Assembly: GCA_039810425.1 (NCBI GenBank)
Contig: JBDHWW010000013.1
Span: forward strand, 11,250 to 75,249
Source of the DNA: Pseudobdellovibrionaceae bacterium
GTDB taxonomy: Bacteria; Bdellovibrionota; Bdellovibrionia; Bdellovibrionales; Bdellovibrionaceae
Reading direction: 5' to 3'
DNA length: 64,000 bases
The translations under genes and the position numbers were made by a program. The notes below the pieces were generated by a model. That model was not told the DNA's origin, did not search any database, and was given only the letters and a program-made list of their open reading frames with translations. Below, in pieces: positions 1 through 10,662 of the stretch (position 1 is its first letter; every line of letters starts with the position of its first letter).

Positions 1-115
1 ACGGCCGGGACAGAAGCAAGAGGCCGAGGTCCCCTCTTTGACAGAACCCCTCATAATTCAGAAGTAGATTTGCAATTCATGGATTCAGTGGGACACGGGG
101 GCAAGGGCGTGGATT

Positions 116-556
116 TTACTGGACCGGCTTGAATGTCGGTACGTAGCGCACTTTATCAGTGCCGCGGACTTCCTTCTCATAGTTCGAGTAGGCTTGAGGA
201 TTCTCTTGATATTTTCGGACGGACTCTTCTTCGATGGCTTTATTGGCCACTTCGTTTTTCGCGTCAACTTGCGCAGCAGTTATTTCAGGCTCCCACTTTT
301 CTCCAACGTAGATAGCATTGCCCTCAAAGAATTGAACCTCTTTTTCATAGCGAACTCGGTCTTGATAGAACGTGTAAGACCACCGGTCTTTTCCATGGAA
401 GCGCTCGGTCCGCTGAGGGCTTCCCATGACCTCTAGGACGTCGTCTTTTTCCATTCCAATGTGAAGTTTATTGTACTCTTTAAGCATGTTCGTTTGGCAT
501 GCGGATAGGATGAGGCTGCTACCGACTAATGAAATCGCAAGAATGGATCGCAGCAT
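116..556 (-). CDS. bamE: Outer membrane protein assembly factor BamE/SmpA-like lipoprotein
   Basis: Lipobox LSAC; SmpA motif 'LHIGMEKDDVLEVMGSP...WSY'. Start moved to ATG 556. Confidence 0.75.
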   Translation of the reverse strand: MLRSILAISLVGSSLILSACQTNMLKEYNKLHIGMEKDDVLEVMGSPQRTERFHGKDRWSYTFYQDRVRYEKEVQFFEGNAIYVGEKWEPEITAAQVDAKNEVANKAIEEESVRKYQENPQAYSNYEKEVRGTDKVRYVPTFKPVQ

Positions 557-657
557 ATGGCACCTCACCCCTTTCCCTTATTTTCGCCTGATTCTTAAAA
601 AAAATAAACGATCAGCCGCTGGAAACCACTCCGGCGTCTCAGATTGGGACGAGTTCA

Positions 658-2154
658 TCAAAAAGTGGATGACAATGGGGCTGCGACCTCAGCGAGCTTT
701 CTTTTGAGGATTTTTCCGCTGTCACCTTTGGGCAATTCGTTAAGAAAAACAAAAAATTTCGGGATTTTGAACTTTGCAAGGTTCTTAAGGCAGTGGGCAT
801 GCAAGTCTTCTGTGGAAAGATCGGGACGGTCTTTCACGACAAACGCTTTGCCGACCTCGCCCCATTTTTCGTCCGGGACGCCGATCACCGCAACCTCGCG
901 GACGCCGGGAAGAGTGCGAATGACTTGTTCGAGTTCCGGCGGGTAAACATTTTCGCCACCACTGATGTACATGTCTTTCTTACGGCCAACGACGTACACA
1001 AAGCCTTCTTCATCACGGCGTACGAGATCGCCGGTATGAAGCCAGCCGTTTTTGATCGTTTCACGGGTGGCTTTTTCGTTGTGCCAGTAACCGGCCATGC
1101 ACATAGGGCCTTTTAGCACCAACTCGCCAACCTCGTTTGCCGGAACTTCATTGCCATCGTTGTCAACGACACGGATTTCAATATAGAAATTAGGAAAACC
1201 GATCGAGCCGATTTTTCTCAAAGCATCTTCCTCATTCAAAGAAAATACATTCGGGCCGAACTCAGTCAGTCCGTATCCCTGGCGCACGGGAATGCCCTTG
1301 TCATCCCAGATCTTAATCAACGGAATCGGCATAGGTTCGCCGCCGCAGATCGCATAGCGGATAGCCGAAATGTCGATTTTCTCAAACAGCGGCGAACGCG
1401 CCATCATATCCATTGTGGTCGGAACGCCAAATAAAATCGTGGCATTTTCACTGGAAGAAAGTTCGAGGATTTTGTCGCCGTCGAATTTCTTTAAGAGAAT
1501 GATAGTGCCGCCGCGGTGAAGAATCGGAGTGGTTAAAACATTCCAGCCACCAGTGTGGAAGAATGGCAAGAAAATCACCGTGCAGTCGTTTTGCGACAGG
1601 TTCAGGCGCATCGTTGTATTGATGGAGTTCCAGAAAAGCATGTCGTGCGTAAGCACGGCCCCCTTTGGGGTCCCCGTGGTGCCCGAAGTGTAAAGAATCA
1701 TCACGGGATCCGATGGTGATCCCAAAAAGCTCTCGTCGAGTGGTTCACCCGCGGGAATTCTGGAGCTTAACAAAGCCTTCTGGGGTACTTTTTTATTTTC
1801 AAATAACTGGGCGGCGAGATCCGCGAACACTTCTTGGTAAACAAGCAGAGCCGGCTCGCTGTCGTTCACGATATGCTCCACCTCACGATAGGTAAGGCGA
1901 AAGTTCACCGGAACTAAAATCGCGCCCAAGCGTTGGGCGGCGAAGAACAGAACCACATAGTCGAGATCATTATGAGAGATCGCAGCGATACGGTCATTTT
2001 TTTGGAGGCCATACCGAGTGCGAAGCTCGTGGGCCTTTGCGAGAGATGCTTGATAGAGTTGGCTATAAGTTAAAGAGCGGCCGGTCTCGCCGTCTTTCAG
2101 GGCGATTTTTCCGGGGGAATACTGGTTCCAGCGCTTCAGCCAATCTAATTCCAT
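658..2154 (-). CDS. Long-chain fatty acid/acyl-CoA ligase (AMP-binding)
   Basis: YTSGTTGTPKG, QGYGLTE, WLHTGD, GRKKDMYISGGENVYP, LPKGDSGKILK. Start at MELDW (2154). Confidence 0.9.
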   Translation of the reverse strand: MELDWLKRWNQYSPGKIALKDGETGRSLTYSQLYQASLAKAHELRTRYGLQKNDRIAAISHNDLDYVVLFFAAQRLGAILVPVNFRLTYREVEHIVNDSEPALLVYQEVFADLAAQLFENKKVPQKALLSSRIPAGEPLDESFLGSPSDPVMILYTSGTTGTPKGAVLTHDMLFWNSINTTMRLNLSQNDCTVIFLPFFHTGGWNVLTTPILHRGGTIILLKKFDGDKILELSSSENATILFGVPTTMDMMARSPLFEKIDISAIRYAICGGEPMPIPLIKIWDDKGIPVRQGYGLTEFGPNVFSLNEEDALRKIGSIGFPNFYIEIRVVDNDGNEVPANEVGELVLKGPMCMAGYWHNEKATRETIKNGWLHTGDLVRRDEEGFVYVVGRKKDMYISGGENVYPPELEQVIRTLPGVREVAVIGVPDEKWGEVGKAFVVKDRPDLSTEDLHAHCLKNLAKFKIPKFFVFLNELPKGDSGKILKRKLAEVAAPLSSTF

Positions 2155-2167
2155 GAGCGACCTCTTA

Positions 2168-3166
2168 CTACGTGTTGTAGCCCCATTCAAGTGCGAGTGC
2201 GGCCATTGACATTCCTCCGCCAGAACCTAAAAGAACTACAAGGTCGCCCTTTTTCATCTTGTGGTCATGGGCGGCGTCCGCCAATGCCATACCTATGGAA
2301 GCGCTGCCGGTGTAACCGAACCGATCCATAATATAGTGAGCTTTATCGCGAGAAACTTCGAGGCGATCCATTGTTTCGTAAATGCTCTGAACGTTAAACT
2401 GAGTAATAAAGAAGTGAGAAATATCCTGAGGGCGCTTATCCATACGCTCGAGCAAGGTTTTTGTCAGGCGTGGCCAGTGGATGCCGTTTGTTTCAGGCGG
2501 AATACGCTTGGGAAAGGCTAAAAGGTGTTTCTTCGAATGCAAGACATCTTCGTTCACTGGAATTGCGGAGCCACCGGCATAGATCCCCATATAGTCATGG
2601 TATTGGCCATCAGTATAAAGTTCGCTTGTGATAAAACCCGCGGTATCTGCCGTCGGCTGAAGAACTGCCGCACCGGCACCATCCGCGAATAAAGAGGCGA
2701 TCTTATAGTCATCGAAGTTGAGGTACTTGCTCATGGCGTATGCACCGACGACGAGTATATTTTGATATTTGGAATCACTCGCGATATATTTGCTCGCGAT
2801 ATCACAACCAGTCACGAAGCCTGCACAAGCAGTGTTGATATCAAATGTGCCGGCCTTCGTTGCCCCCATGCGATATTGGACAACGGACGCTGTTGAAGGG
2901 GAAAGATAGTCGGGCGTGTCTGTTGACACAATAATAAGGTCGAGATCTTTTGCGCTGATACCGGCATTTTTCAAGGCTTCTTCAGCCGCAGGAATAATGA
3001 GGTCGGATGTGGTCTGATCTGATTTCATCCAACGACGTTCTCGGATATTTCTGTTTTCTGCCAGAAAGGTTCCGATGTCTTTCTTATAGAGATCATTGAA
3101 GTATTGATTTGTAACAACACGTTCAGGTGCATACATACCAGTGCCGGCAATCGTTGCTTTTCTCAT
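2168..3166 (-). CDS. KAS III/FabH-family protein with atypical active site
   Basis: DINTACAGF (catalytic Cys) and LFADGAGA; usual HQAN and GNT motifs read TQFN and GYT. Confidence 0.85.
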   Translation of the reverse strand: MRKATIAGTGMYAPERVVTNQYFNDLYKKDIGTFLAENRNIRERRWMKSDQTTSDLIIPAAEEALKNAGISAKDLDLIIVSTDTPDYLSPSTASVVQYRMGATKAGTFDINTACAGFVTGCDIASKYIASDSKYQNILVVGAYAMSKYLNFDDYKIASLFADGAGAAVLQPTADTAGFITSELYTDGQYHDYMGIYAGGSAIPVNEDVLHSKKHLLAFPKRIPPETNGIHWPRLTKTLLERMDKRPQDISHFFITQFNVQSIYETMDRLEVSRDKAHYIMDRFGYTGSASIGMALADAAHDHKMKKGDLVVLLGSGGGMSMAALALEWGYNT

Positions 3167-3319
3167 ATAATTATTCCTTTCAAACCAATTCGTGTAAGAC
3201 GATGTACAAATCTTTTTTTGGCTTTGGCAAGAAGTAAAATATAGAGTTTTTACTCAAAACGCAGAGTGAAAAAATCATATATGTTGACCGGGCAATATGC
3301 CTGGGGGATATCAGCATTC

Positions 3320-4072
3320 ATGACAAACTTAAGTTTTAACTTCAATAATAAATCCGCGATCGTTACTGGAGGAGCTTCTGGTATCGGTTTTCAAATCACA
3401 AAATCTTTCCTCGCCGCAAGCGCAAATGTCAGCGTGTGGGACTACTCGGACAGTGCTCTTGCGCAAGCAAAAGCGGAACTTGGCCAGTTCACAAGCCAAT
3501 TGCATTTCGCGAAAGTAGATGTGGGTAACAGGGACTCGTGCGCGCAAGCGGCTTCATCTGTTCCTTGGGCTGTGGATATCTTGGTGAATAACGCGGGAAT
3601 CACGCGCGATAAATCTTTTGCCAAGATGACGGGCGAAGAGTGGGACGCCGTGATCGGCACAAATCTTACTGGTTTGTTCAACGTCACAAAATCTGTTTTT
3701 GAAAAATTCAATGCCACGTCGGCTCATAAGCGCATCGTGAACATTTCGAGTGTCGTTGCTCTCTATGGAAACTTTGGCCAAACGAACTACGTTGCGGCAA
3801 AGGCGGGTGTCATTGGAATGACCAAAACATGGGGTAAAGAATTCGCTCGTAAAGGTTTTACAGTGAACGCCATTGCGCCTGGCTTTATCAAGACGGCCAT
3901 GACACAAGCGATGCCGAAAGAGGTGTTGGAACAAATGGCTTCTAAGGTTCCGGCGCAACGTCTGGGCGAAGTTGAAGACATCGCCAACACGGTGTTGTTC
4001 CTTTCGTCTGAACAAGCAACTTACATCAACGGAGCGGTGATCAACGTTGATGGCGGTCTAGTGATAGGTTAA
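3320..4072 (+). CDS. fabG: 3-oxoacyl-ACP reductase / acetoacetyl-CoA reductase (SDR)
   Basis: TGGASGIG, NNAGITRD, NFGQTNYVAAKAG, VNAIAPGFI. Confidence 0.85.
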   Translation: MTNLSFNFNNKSAIVTGGASGIGFQITKSFLAASANVSVWDYSDSALAQAKAELGQFTSQLHFAKVDVGNRDSCAQAASSVPWAVDILVNNAGITRDKSFAKMTGEEWDAVIGTNLTGLFNVTKSVFEKFNATSAHKRIVNISSVVALYGNFGQTNYVAAKAGVIGMTKTWGKEFARKGFTVNAIAPGFIKTAMTQAMPKEVLEQMASKVPAQRLGEVEDIANTVLFLSSEQATYINGAVINVDGGLVIG

Positions 4073-4091
4073 CTCTGAGGGGGGTTTGAAA

Positions 4092-5051
4092 ATGAAAGTA
4101 GTAATCAGTGTTTTTTCGTTTCTATTGGTATTGATGATTTCGGGTTTCGCATTTGCTTTTAGCACTGGCAATAGTGCCGACAATTTCAAAGGCGAAACTT
4201 TTAAAGGATTCATCAAAATCCGCGAAGGCCGCGAACTCTTTGTTGATTATGTTAAACCTGAGGCCGGACAGCCTATGCTGATCATTCTCAATGGCCTGAC
4301 CTACAGCACTGTTCAATGGAATCGTTTCGTCGCTGAAATTAGTAAGCGCGGCGTAGGCCTTCTTCGTTATGATATGTTCGGCATGGGCCAAACTTTGTTG
4401 AAGTATGCGCCAGCGACCGATGTGATCTCTTATCAAGATCAAGCGGAGGATTTGAAAAAACTTTTGACCGTGATGAAGTTGAAAGGCCCCTATAACTTCG
4501 TAGGGCTTTCTTACGGTGGCGGCATCGGGCTCGCTTACTCTTTCGTCTACCCGCAAGATATTAAGAATCTAATCTTGATGGCGCCTTACACGGAGCCACT
4601 CGAAGGACAATACAAGTGGATCATGTCGCAGATCTGGGCGACCCGCCAAGTCTATCCTTATAATCCGGCGTCTGATGACGAGCTCTATGACTATTTCTTG
4701 CATCAGATCGTGTATGCGACTTACCCGCAAGCGGAGCCTGTTGTGTTGCAGAATCCATTCATTCTTGAAGGCGTCTTCAGAATGGTTCAGGGCATTCGCA
4801 AGTTCCGTCCAGTGGATTTGACAAGACAAATCCCCGCAACCACTCACTTGATGATTGCGGAGTTTGACCAATATATCCCGCGTCCCGTCCTGAATACCTT
4901 CTGGGACGCAGTTCCTGCAGCTTCCAAAGGAACTTGTGTGATCGTGAAAAACTCTGAGCACAAGATTCCGGAGGCAATGCCGGCGTTTGCCGCGAAATGG
5001 GTTTACGACATTCTTCAGGGAGCCAATCATGCCTCTTCTAAATGTCAATGA
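4092..5051 (+). CDS. Secreted alpha/beta hydrolase
   Basis: Signal peptide (AFA); nucleophile elbow GLSYGG; C-terminal Asp (EFDQ) and His (SEHK). Confidence 0.8.
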   Translation: MKVVISVFSFLLVLMISGFAFAFSTGNSADNFKGETFKGFIKIREGRELFVDYVKPEAGQPMLIILNGLTYSTVQWNRFVAEISKRGVGLLRYDMFGMGQTLLKYAPATDVISYQDQAEDLKKLLTVMKLKGPYNFVGLSYGGGIGLAYSFVYPQDIKNLILMAPYTEPLEGQYKWIMSQIWATRQVYPYNPASDDELYDYFLHQIVYATYPQAEPVVLQNPFILEGVFRMVQGIRKFRPVDLTRQIPATTHLMIAEFDQYIPRPVLNTFWDAVPAASKGTCVIVKNSEHKIPEAMPAFAAKWVYDILQGANHASSKCQ

Positions 5052-5847
5052 TGGCACAGGCTTTCAGTTAAACTACGAGGTCCATCAGGGCCTCGTTCCT
5101 GAGACGACTCTTTTCCTCCATGGCAACTTGGCCTCTAATCGCTGGTGGCAGCCGGCCCATGAGTTTTGGCAAGCGCAAGCCCGCACGAAAAACCATGCGG
5201 GGTCTTTGATTTATGCAGAATTCCGCGGTTGCGGTAAAAGCTCGGCACCTAAAAATGAATCGGAAGTCGACATGCACCGTTTTGCTGACGACTTTATTAC
5301 GCTTGTTAAAAATTTGAATGCTGGCCCTGTTCACTTGGTAGGGCATTCCACGGGCGGTTTGATCGCGGCATTGATGATGACTCAGGCACCGGAGCTTTTT
5401 AAAAAGGCTGTCCTCTTGGATCCGGTCGGGGCGACGGGTGTTCAATTTGATAACTCCATGATCGCGGCCTTTGAGCAAATGAAAGTCGATAGAGATCTTG
5501 TCGGAACGGTCATGCACTCGACGATCTGGCAAAATAATAAAGACTCTGAGTTCTTTAAAAATGTGGTGGTTGAGGACGCATTTCATGCGGTGAAGTCCGT
5601 AGGACACCTCGTGTTAAAGGCTCTTGATGGACTCGACTCACGTCAAAGCATTGCTAAAATCACACACCCTGTCCTTGTTTTGCACGGTGAGCACGACAAA
5701 CTCTTGCCCATGCAGGATTCCGAGGCGATGGCGGGGCTTATGAAAAATGCCCAATTTAGAGTCATCAACAGCCAGGGTCATTGCGCAAATGTCGAGGCAC
5801 CAGAAAAATTTGTCGGACTTGTGCGAGAATTTTTGTTTTCAAAATAG
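5029..5847 (+). CDS. Alpha/beta hydrolase (enol-lactonase / PhaZ-like)
   Basis: FLHGN oxyanion motif, GHSTGG, HGEHD, QGHCANVE. Confidence 0.85.
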   Translation: MPLLNVNDGTGFQLNYEVHQGLVPETTLFLHGNLASNRWWQPAHEFWQAQARTKNHAGSLIYAEFRGCGKSSAPKNESEVDMHRFADDFITLVKNLNAGPVHLVGHSTGGLIAALMMTQAPELFKKAVLLDPVGATGVQFDNSMIAAFEQMKVDRDLVGTVMHSTIWQNNKDSEFFKNVVVEDAFHAVKSVGHLVLKALDGLDSRQSIAKITHPVLVLHGEHDKLLPMQDSEAMAGLMKNAQFRVINSQGHCANVEAPEKFVGLVREFLFSK

Positions 5848-6004
5848 GGCTCATTCGAAAATTGCGGATCAATAATACAACGCAATAAGACATCGGAAGG
5901 ATTGGCATAAATTCTTGCGGGCACTTTCGTTATACGCTAGTAATCAATGATACAAATGTGAAAACCAATTGATTACAAATCGTCCCTCTGGGGAGTGCAG
6001 TTCT

Positions 6005-6541
6005 ATGTCTGAATCTAGAGATGAATACAATCGCGGTGGAATGAATGCCTTTATTTTCTCAATGGTGTTCGTTTGCCTATTTTTTATCTATATTGTTGCG
6101 ATCCATCCAGGTGTAAACCTCGGTGAGAAAGTTGTTGATCCCAATGCAGTGGTTGCTGCTTCGGGCGAACCGGCTTTCGATATCACAACGGTGAAAGAGC
6201 CTTGGGTTAAAGACGATAAAGTCGTGGCTTACGGTGCAAAACTCTTCGCCACTAACTGTGCAATGTGCCACGGTAGTGAAGGGAAAGGCGATGGCCCTGC
6301 CGGGCAAGGTTTGAACCCAAAACCACGTAACATGGTTGAAGGTAAATGGACTCAGGGTGGTGGCGCTACCGATCACTTCAAAGTTATTACTGACGGTATT
6401 CCAGGATCTTCGATGGCGGCTTTCGGTCACTTCAAAGTTGCTGACCGTTGGGCGTTGGTTCAATTCATCGAATCGATTACTACAAATAAATCCAAAGATT
6501 CTCCTGAAAAGGTTGCGGAGTTCGCAAAAACTGCGAAATAG
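6005..6541 (+). CDS. Membrane-anchored cytochrome c
   Basis: N-terminal TM helix; CAMCH; GKGDGP...PKPRN; first gene of the cox operon. Confidence 0.85.
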   Translation: MSESRDEYNRGGMNAFIFSMVFVCLFFIYIVAIHPGVNLGEKVVDPNAVVAASGEPAFDITTVKEPWVKDDKVVAYGAKLFATNCAMCHGSEGKGDGPAGQGLNPKPRNMVEGKWTQGGGATDHFKVITDGIPGSSMAAFGHFKVADRWALVQFIESITTNKSKDSPEKVAEFAKTAK

Positions 6542-6547
6542 GGAAGC

Positions 6548-7429
6548 ATGATGAAGCTCGGTCGTTGGAACACGCAGAAGAGGGTTCAAGGAGTCGCGGT
6601 GGCGGCTCTTTTTGCGCTTTTATTTGCGCCAACGGTACAGGCGGCTTACGAGCCTAAACCTGCAGAGATGCTGGCGGGTGAGCAAGCCAAGGAACTTCAA
6701 GGTGTTGGTATTGATGAAAAGATCGGTACAAACATCGACCTCAATCTGACTTTTAAAGATGAAAACGGCGAAACTGTCACGCTGGCGAAATATATTAACG
6801 GCAGCCACATTCCCGTGATCATTAGCCCGGTTTATTATAGTTGCCCGGGTCTTTGTAATTTCCACCTCAACGGTCTGACAGATGCTTTGAAGCTGATGGA
6901 CTGGAATGTGGGCGATAAATTCAAAGTTGTTGCAATCAGCTTTGACGCAAAAGAGACCCCGGACCTTGCACTCAAGAAAAAAGCCTCTTATATGAAGATC
7001 TACAACCGCGCGGGAACTGAGGGTGGCTGGAGTTTCTTAACGGGTGATGAGGCGAATATTAAAGCTCTTACTTCTGCGGTGGGCTTTAAGTTCAAATGGA
7101 ATGAAGAAGCAAAAGAGTGGGCACATGCATCGGCTGCGATCGTGGTCACTCCAGATGGTAAAATCTCACGTTATTTGCCAGGGATTATGTTTGATCCTAA
7201 AGACGTGAAGCTTGCGATTAACGAAGCTTCAAACGGCAAAATGGGAACCTTTGTCGACAATTTGGTTCTCTATTGTTTTCAGTACAATCCACATCAGAGC
7301 AAGTACACCCTGTATGCTTTCAATATCATGAAGCTGGGCGGGGCGCTGATGGTTCTGGTGTTGGCTTTATGGTTATTGCCGGTTTGGGTTCGCTCACGTA
7401 GGGCGGGCGCAAAAGTGGCGAGGAGTTGA
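6548..7429 (+). CDS. SCO family copper chaperone
   Basis: YYSCPGLC (CxxxC), WAHAS His, C-terminal TM helix. Confidence 0.9.
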   Translation: MMKLGRWNTQKRVQGVAVAALFALLFAPTVQAAYEPKPAEMLAGEQAKELQGVGIDEKIGTNIDLNLTFKDENGETVTLAKYINGSHIPVIISPVYYSCPGLCNFHLNGLTDALKLMDWNVGDKFKVVAISFDAKETPDLALKKKASYMKIYNRAGTEGGWSFLTGDEANIKALTSAVGFKFKWNEEAKEWAHASAAIVVTPDGKISRYLPGIMFDPKDVKLAINEASNGKMGTFVDNLVLYCFQYNPHQSKYTLYAFNIMKLGGALMVLVLALWLLPVWVRSRRAGAKVARS

Positions 7430-7435
7430 GGTTTC

Positions 7436-8392
7436 ATGATGTGGTTTAATTTAGCACAGGCACAGTCCTTTATGCCGGCGGAAGGAACGAAGATTGCGAC
7501 TCAAGTCGACAATCTCTATGCATTCCTTCTTTTGGCGAGTTTCGTATCGTGTGTCATCCTCATTGGGGGGATGGTCTACTTTGTATGGAAATACAGACGT
7601 AAGACAAACAGCGATAAAACTGCCTATATCACTCACAATACATTCTTGGAGTTCTTGTGGTCATTCATTCCACTCGTGATTTTCTTGGGTGTCTTTGGTT
7701 GGGGCTGGTATATTTACCACGATATGCGCTCTATGCCAACAGACGCGCTGGAAATTCACGTATTTGGCAAGCAATGGGCTTGGGAGTTTGAATATAAGTC
7801 TGGTGTTAAGACTGGTAATATGATCGTTGTTCCGGTGAACAAAGACGTGAAACTGATCATGACTTCTAAAGACGTTATCCACAGCTTCTACATTCCATCA
7901 TTCCGTATCAAGCAAGACGTGGTTCCGGGCCGTTACACCGCTTTGTGGTTCAACGCTGACAAGCTGGGTGAATTCCACGTTTTCTGCGCAGAATTCTGCG
8001 GAACCCAGCACTCAGGCATGTTGGCGACTTTGAAAGTTGTTCCGCAGGCTGAATACGAAGCTTGGTTGGAAGAAGAGTCTCAGGTTGGGAATTTGCCATT
8101 AGCTAAACGTGGTGAGAAAATTTTTGCGGTGAAAGCCTGCGCATCTTGCCACTCTGTCGCGGATGCTTCTACGAAAGTAGGCCCTTCTCTTTGGAAGAAA
8201 TTTGCCGCCTCCGAGCATGTCGAGGGTGAAGCGGATGTTAACGTAGATGAAAACTACCTTCGTGAATCTATCTTGAATCCAAATGCGAAGATCGTAAAGG
8301 GCTTCCCGAAAGGGGTTATGCCTACGTTCCAGGGTCAATTGAACGAAACCGAGCTTAATGCGCTTATTGAGTACATTAAGACGTTGAAATAA
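7436..8392 (+). CDS. coxB: Cytochrome c oxidase subunit II with fused cytochrome c
   Basis: DVIHSF, CAEFCGTQHSGM (CuA), C-terminal CASCH. Confidence 0.95.
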   Translation: MMWFNLAQAQSFMPAEGTKIATQVDNLYAFLLLASFVSCVILIGGMVYFVWKYRRKTNSDKTAYITHNTFLEFLWSFIPLVIFLGVFGWGWYIYHDMRSMPTDALEIHVFGKQWAWEFEYKSGVKTGNMIVVPVNKDVKLIMTSKDVIHSFYIPSFRIKQDVVPGRYTALWFNADKLGEFHVFCAEFCGTQHSGMLATLKVVPQAEYEAWLEEESQVGNLPLAKRGEKIFAVKACASCHSVADASTKVGPSLWKKFAASEHVEGEADVNVDENYLRESILNPNAKIVKGFPKGVMPTFQGQLNETELNALIEYIKTLK

Positions 8393-8402
8393 GGAGGGCA
8401 CG

Positions 8403-9998
8403 ATGGCAAATGCAGCAGCCCACGGCAGTGATAAAAATTATCTAAATGAAACCAGCGGTATTTGGTCTTGGTTAACGACTTTGGACCATAAGCGTATCGG
8501 TATCATGTACTTTGTTACAGTGATGTTCTTCTTCCTATTGGGTGGAATCATGGCTCTCTTGATCCGCTTGGAGCTCATGTCTCCAGGCCCGACGATCATG
8601 ACAGCTGATACATACAATCAAGTCATGACTTACCACGGGGCCATCATGGTCTTCATGGTGATCATCCCGGGTATTCCGGCGATTCTGGGGAACTTCTTTC
8701 TGCCGATTCATATCGGTGCGAAAGACGTCGCCTTCCCGAAGCTGAACCTTCTTTCTTGGTACTGCTTGATGGCGGGCGCTCTTCTGGCTTTCTCGACTTT
8801 GTTCACACACAAGATCGATACGGGCTGGACGTTCTACACCCCTTACTCTATTAAAACAGGAACTTCAGTTGTCACAATGGTGATCGCGGCTTTCATCATG
8901 GGTATGTCATCCATCCTGACGGGCTTGAACTTCATTGCGACTGTTCACAAGCTTCGTGCTCCCGGCATGACGATGTACCGCATCCCACTCTTTGTTTGGG
9001 CGCTTTATTCGACAGCGATCCTGCAGGTTTTGGCGACTCCGGTTTTGGGTATCACGTTGTTACTTCTTACGATGGAGCGCACCTTCGGCGTGGGGATCTT
9101 CGATCCCGCACTGGGCGGTGATCCGGTCTTGTTCCAGCACTTTTTCTGGTTCTATTCGCATCCTGCGGTTTACATCATGATTCTTCCGGCGATGGGTGTG
9201 GTTTCTGAGTTGATCGCGACGTTCTCTCGCAAAACAATCTTCGGTTATACGGCGATTGCATATTCTTCATTGGGCATCGCGGGCGTTTCTTTCTTCGTAT
9301 GGGGCCATCACATGTTTGTGTCTGGTCAATCCACAACGGCGGGTGTGTTGTTCTCATTCATCACGATGCTCGTGGGTGTTCCTACGGCAATCAAAATGTT
9401 CAACTGGATTTCAACGATGTACAAAGGCTCCGTGCAGATGCAGTCGCCTATGTTATTTGCGTTGGGTTTCTTGTTCTTGTTCGCAATTGGTGGTGTGACA
9501 GGAATTATGTTGGCGGTTTTGCCAGTCGACGTTCACTTTCATGATACTTACTTTGTGGTCGCCCACTTCCACTACGTGATGGTGGGTGGTACTTTGATGG
9601 CGATCATGGGTGGTTTCTACTATTGGTTCCCGAAGATGTTCGGAAAGATGTACAGCGAAGCTTTGGCACGTTTTTCTTTCGTGTTCATCTTTATCGGTTT
9701 TAACGTGACCTTCTTCCCTCAATTCGTATTGGGTGCGATGGGTATGCCACGTCGTTATTTCGACTATATTCCGGCATATCACTCTTTGAATACGATTTCG
9801 ACTGTGGGATCTTGGTTGATTGCTACAGGTTTCTTGATCGGATTGTACACAATCATCAATGGTTTGACGAAAGGTGCGAAAGCTCCAGCTAATCCATGGG
9901 GAGGTAAAACTCTTGAGTGGACGACGACTTCTCCACCACCTCACTTCAACTTTGATGTAGAACCAGTTATTACAGCGGGGCCTTATGAGTACAGATAG
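8403..9998 (+). CDS. coxA: Cytochrome c oxidase subunit I (type A2)
   Basis: DHKRIG, WFYSHPAVY, WGHHMF, HDTYFVVAHFHY. Confidence 0.97.
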   Translation: MANAAAHGSDKNYLNETSGIWSWLTTLDHKRIGIMYFVTVMFFFLLGGIMALLIRLELMSPGPTIMTADTYNQVMTYHGAIMVFMVIIPGIPAILGNFFLPIHIGAKDVAFPKLNLLSWYCLMAGALLAFSTLFTHKIDTGWTFYTPYSIKTGTSVVTMVIAAFIMGMSSILTGLNFIATVHKLRAPGMTMYRIPLFVWALYSTAILQVLATPVLGITLLLLTMERTFGVGIFDPALGGDPVLFQHFFWFYSHPAVYIMILPAMGVVSELIATFSRKTIFGYTAIAYSSLGIAGVSFFVWGHHMFVSGQSTTAGVLFSFITMLVGVPTAIKMFNWISTMYKGSVQMQSPMLFALGFLFLFAIGGVTGIMLAVLPVDVHFHDTYFVVAHFHYVMVGGTLMAIMGGFYYWFPKMFGKMYSEALARFSFVFIFIGFNVTFFPQFVLGAMGMPRRYFDYIPAYHSLNTISTVGSWLIATGFLIGLYTIINGLTKGAKAPANPWGGKTLEWTTTSPPPHFNFDVEPVITAGPYEYR

Positions 9999-10650
9999 TC
10001 ACTCAGCACACGGACACGAACATCATGTTGCTCACCACTTCAGAAGTGCTGAGCATGAGTACCTTACGAGCAAAGAAGGCATTTGGTTATTTATGGTAAC
10101 TGAGATCCTTATGTTCGGTGGTCTCTTCGTTGGTTACTCGATTTTCCACAACATCTATCCGGAGATGTTTGCTGAGGGTGCGAAGTCTCTTGATTGGAAG
10201 ATGGGTTTCACGAACACTTTGGTTCTGATCTTTTCTTCTTTGACAATGGCTTTGGGTATTTACTTCTTGCAGAGGAATCAGGCGAAGAAAGCGGCGATGT
10301 CCTTGGCGATCACCATCTTTTGCGGTGCGATCTTCATGGTCATCAAGTACTTCGAATACACCCATAAGTTCCACTTGGGTCTCTATCCAGGCCGTTTCTT
10401 GGACGTGACGAAAGTCGGAGCTGAGCATGCGAACCTGGGTATGTACTTCGGCTTCTACTACTGCATGACGGGTCTTCACGGGATTCACGTTCTTTTGGGA
10501 ATGGGTTTGATTTCTTGGGTTCTTTTTAGGACTGTCCGTGGCGATTTCAATTCGAACTACTATACTGCGGTTGAAGGTGTCGGTATCTTCTGGCACATCG
10601 TCGATTTGATCTGGATTTTCTTGTTCCCATTACTTTACTTGGTTGGATAG
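9985..10650 (+). CDS. coxC: Cytochrome c oxidase subunit III
   Basis: WLFMVTEILMF, TGLHGIHV, FWHIVDLIW. Confidence 0.95.
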   Translation: MSTDSHSAHGHEHHVAHHFRSAEHEYLTSKEGIWLFMVTEILMFGGLFVGYSIFHNIYPEMFAEGAKSLDWKMGFTNTLVLIFSSLTMALGIYFLQRNQAKKAAMSLAITIFCGAIFMVIKYFEYTHKFHLGLYPGRFLDVTKVGAEHANLGMYFGFYYCMTGLHGIHVLLGMGLISWVLFRTVRGDFNSNYYTAVEGVGIFWHIVDLIWIFLFPLLYLVG

Positions 10651-10662
10651 GAGAGGATTGCA

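Noticed and set aside
5902..5919. Sigma-54-like TGGCATAAATTCTTGC upstream of the cox operon
   Set aside because: GG to GC spacing is 11 nt rather than the required 10.
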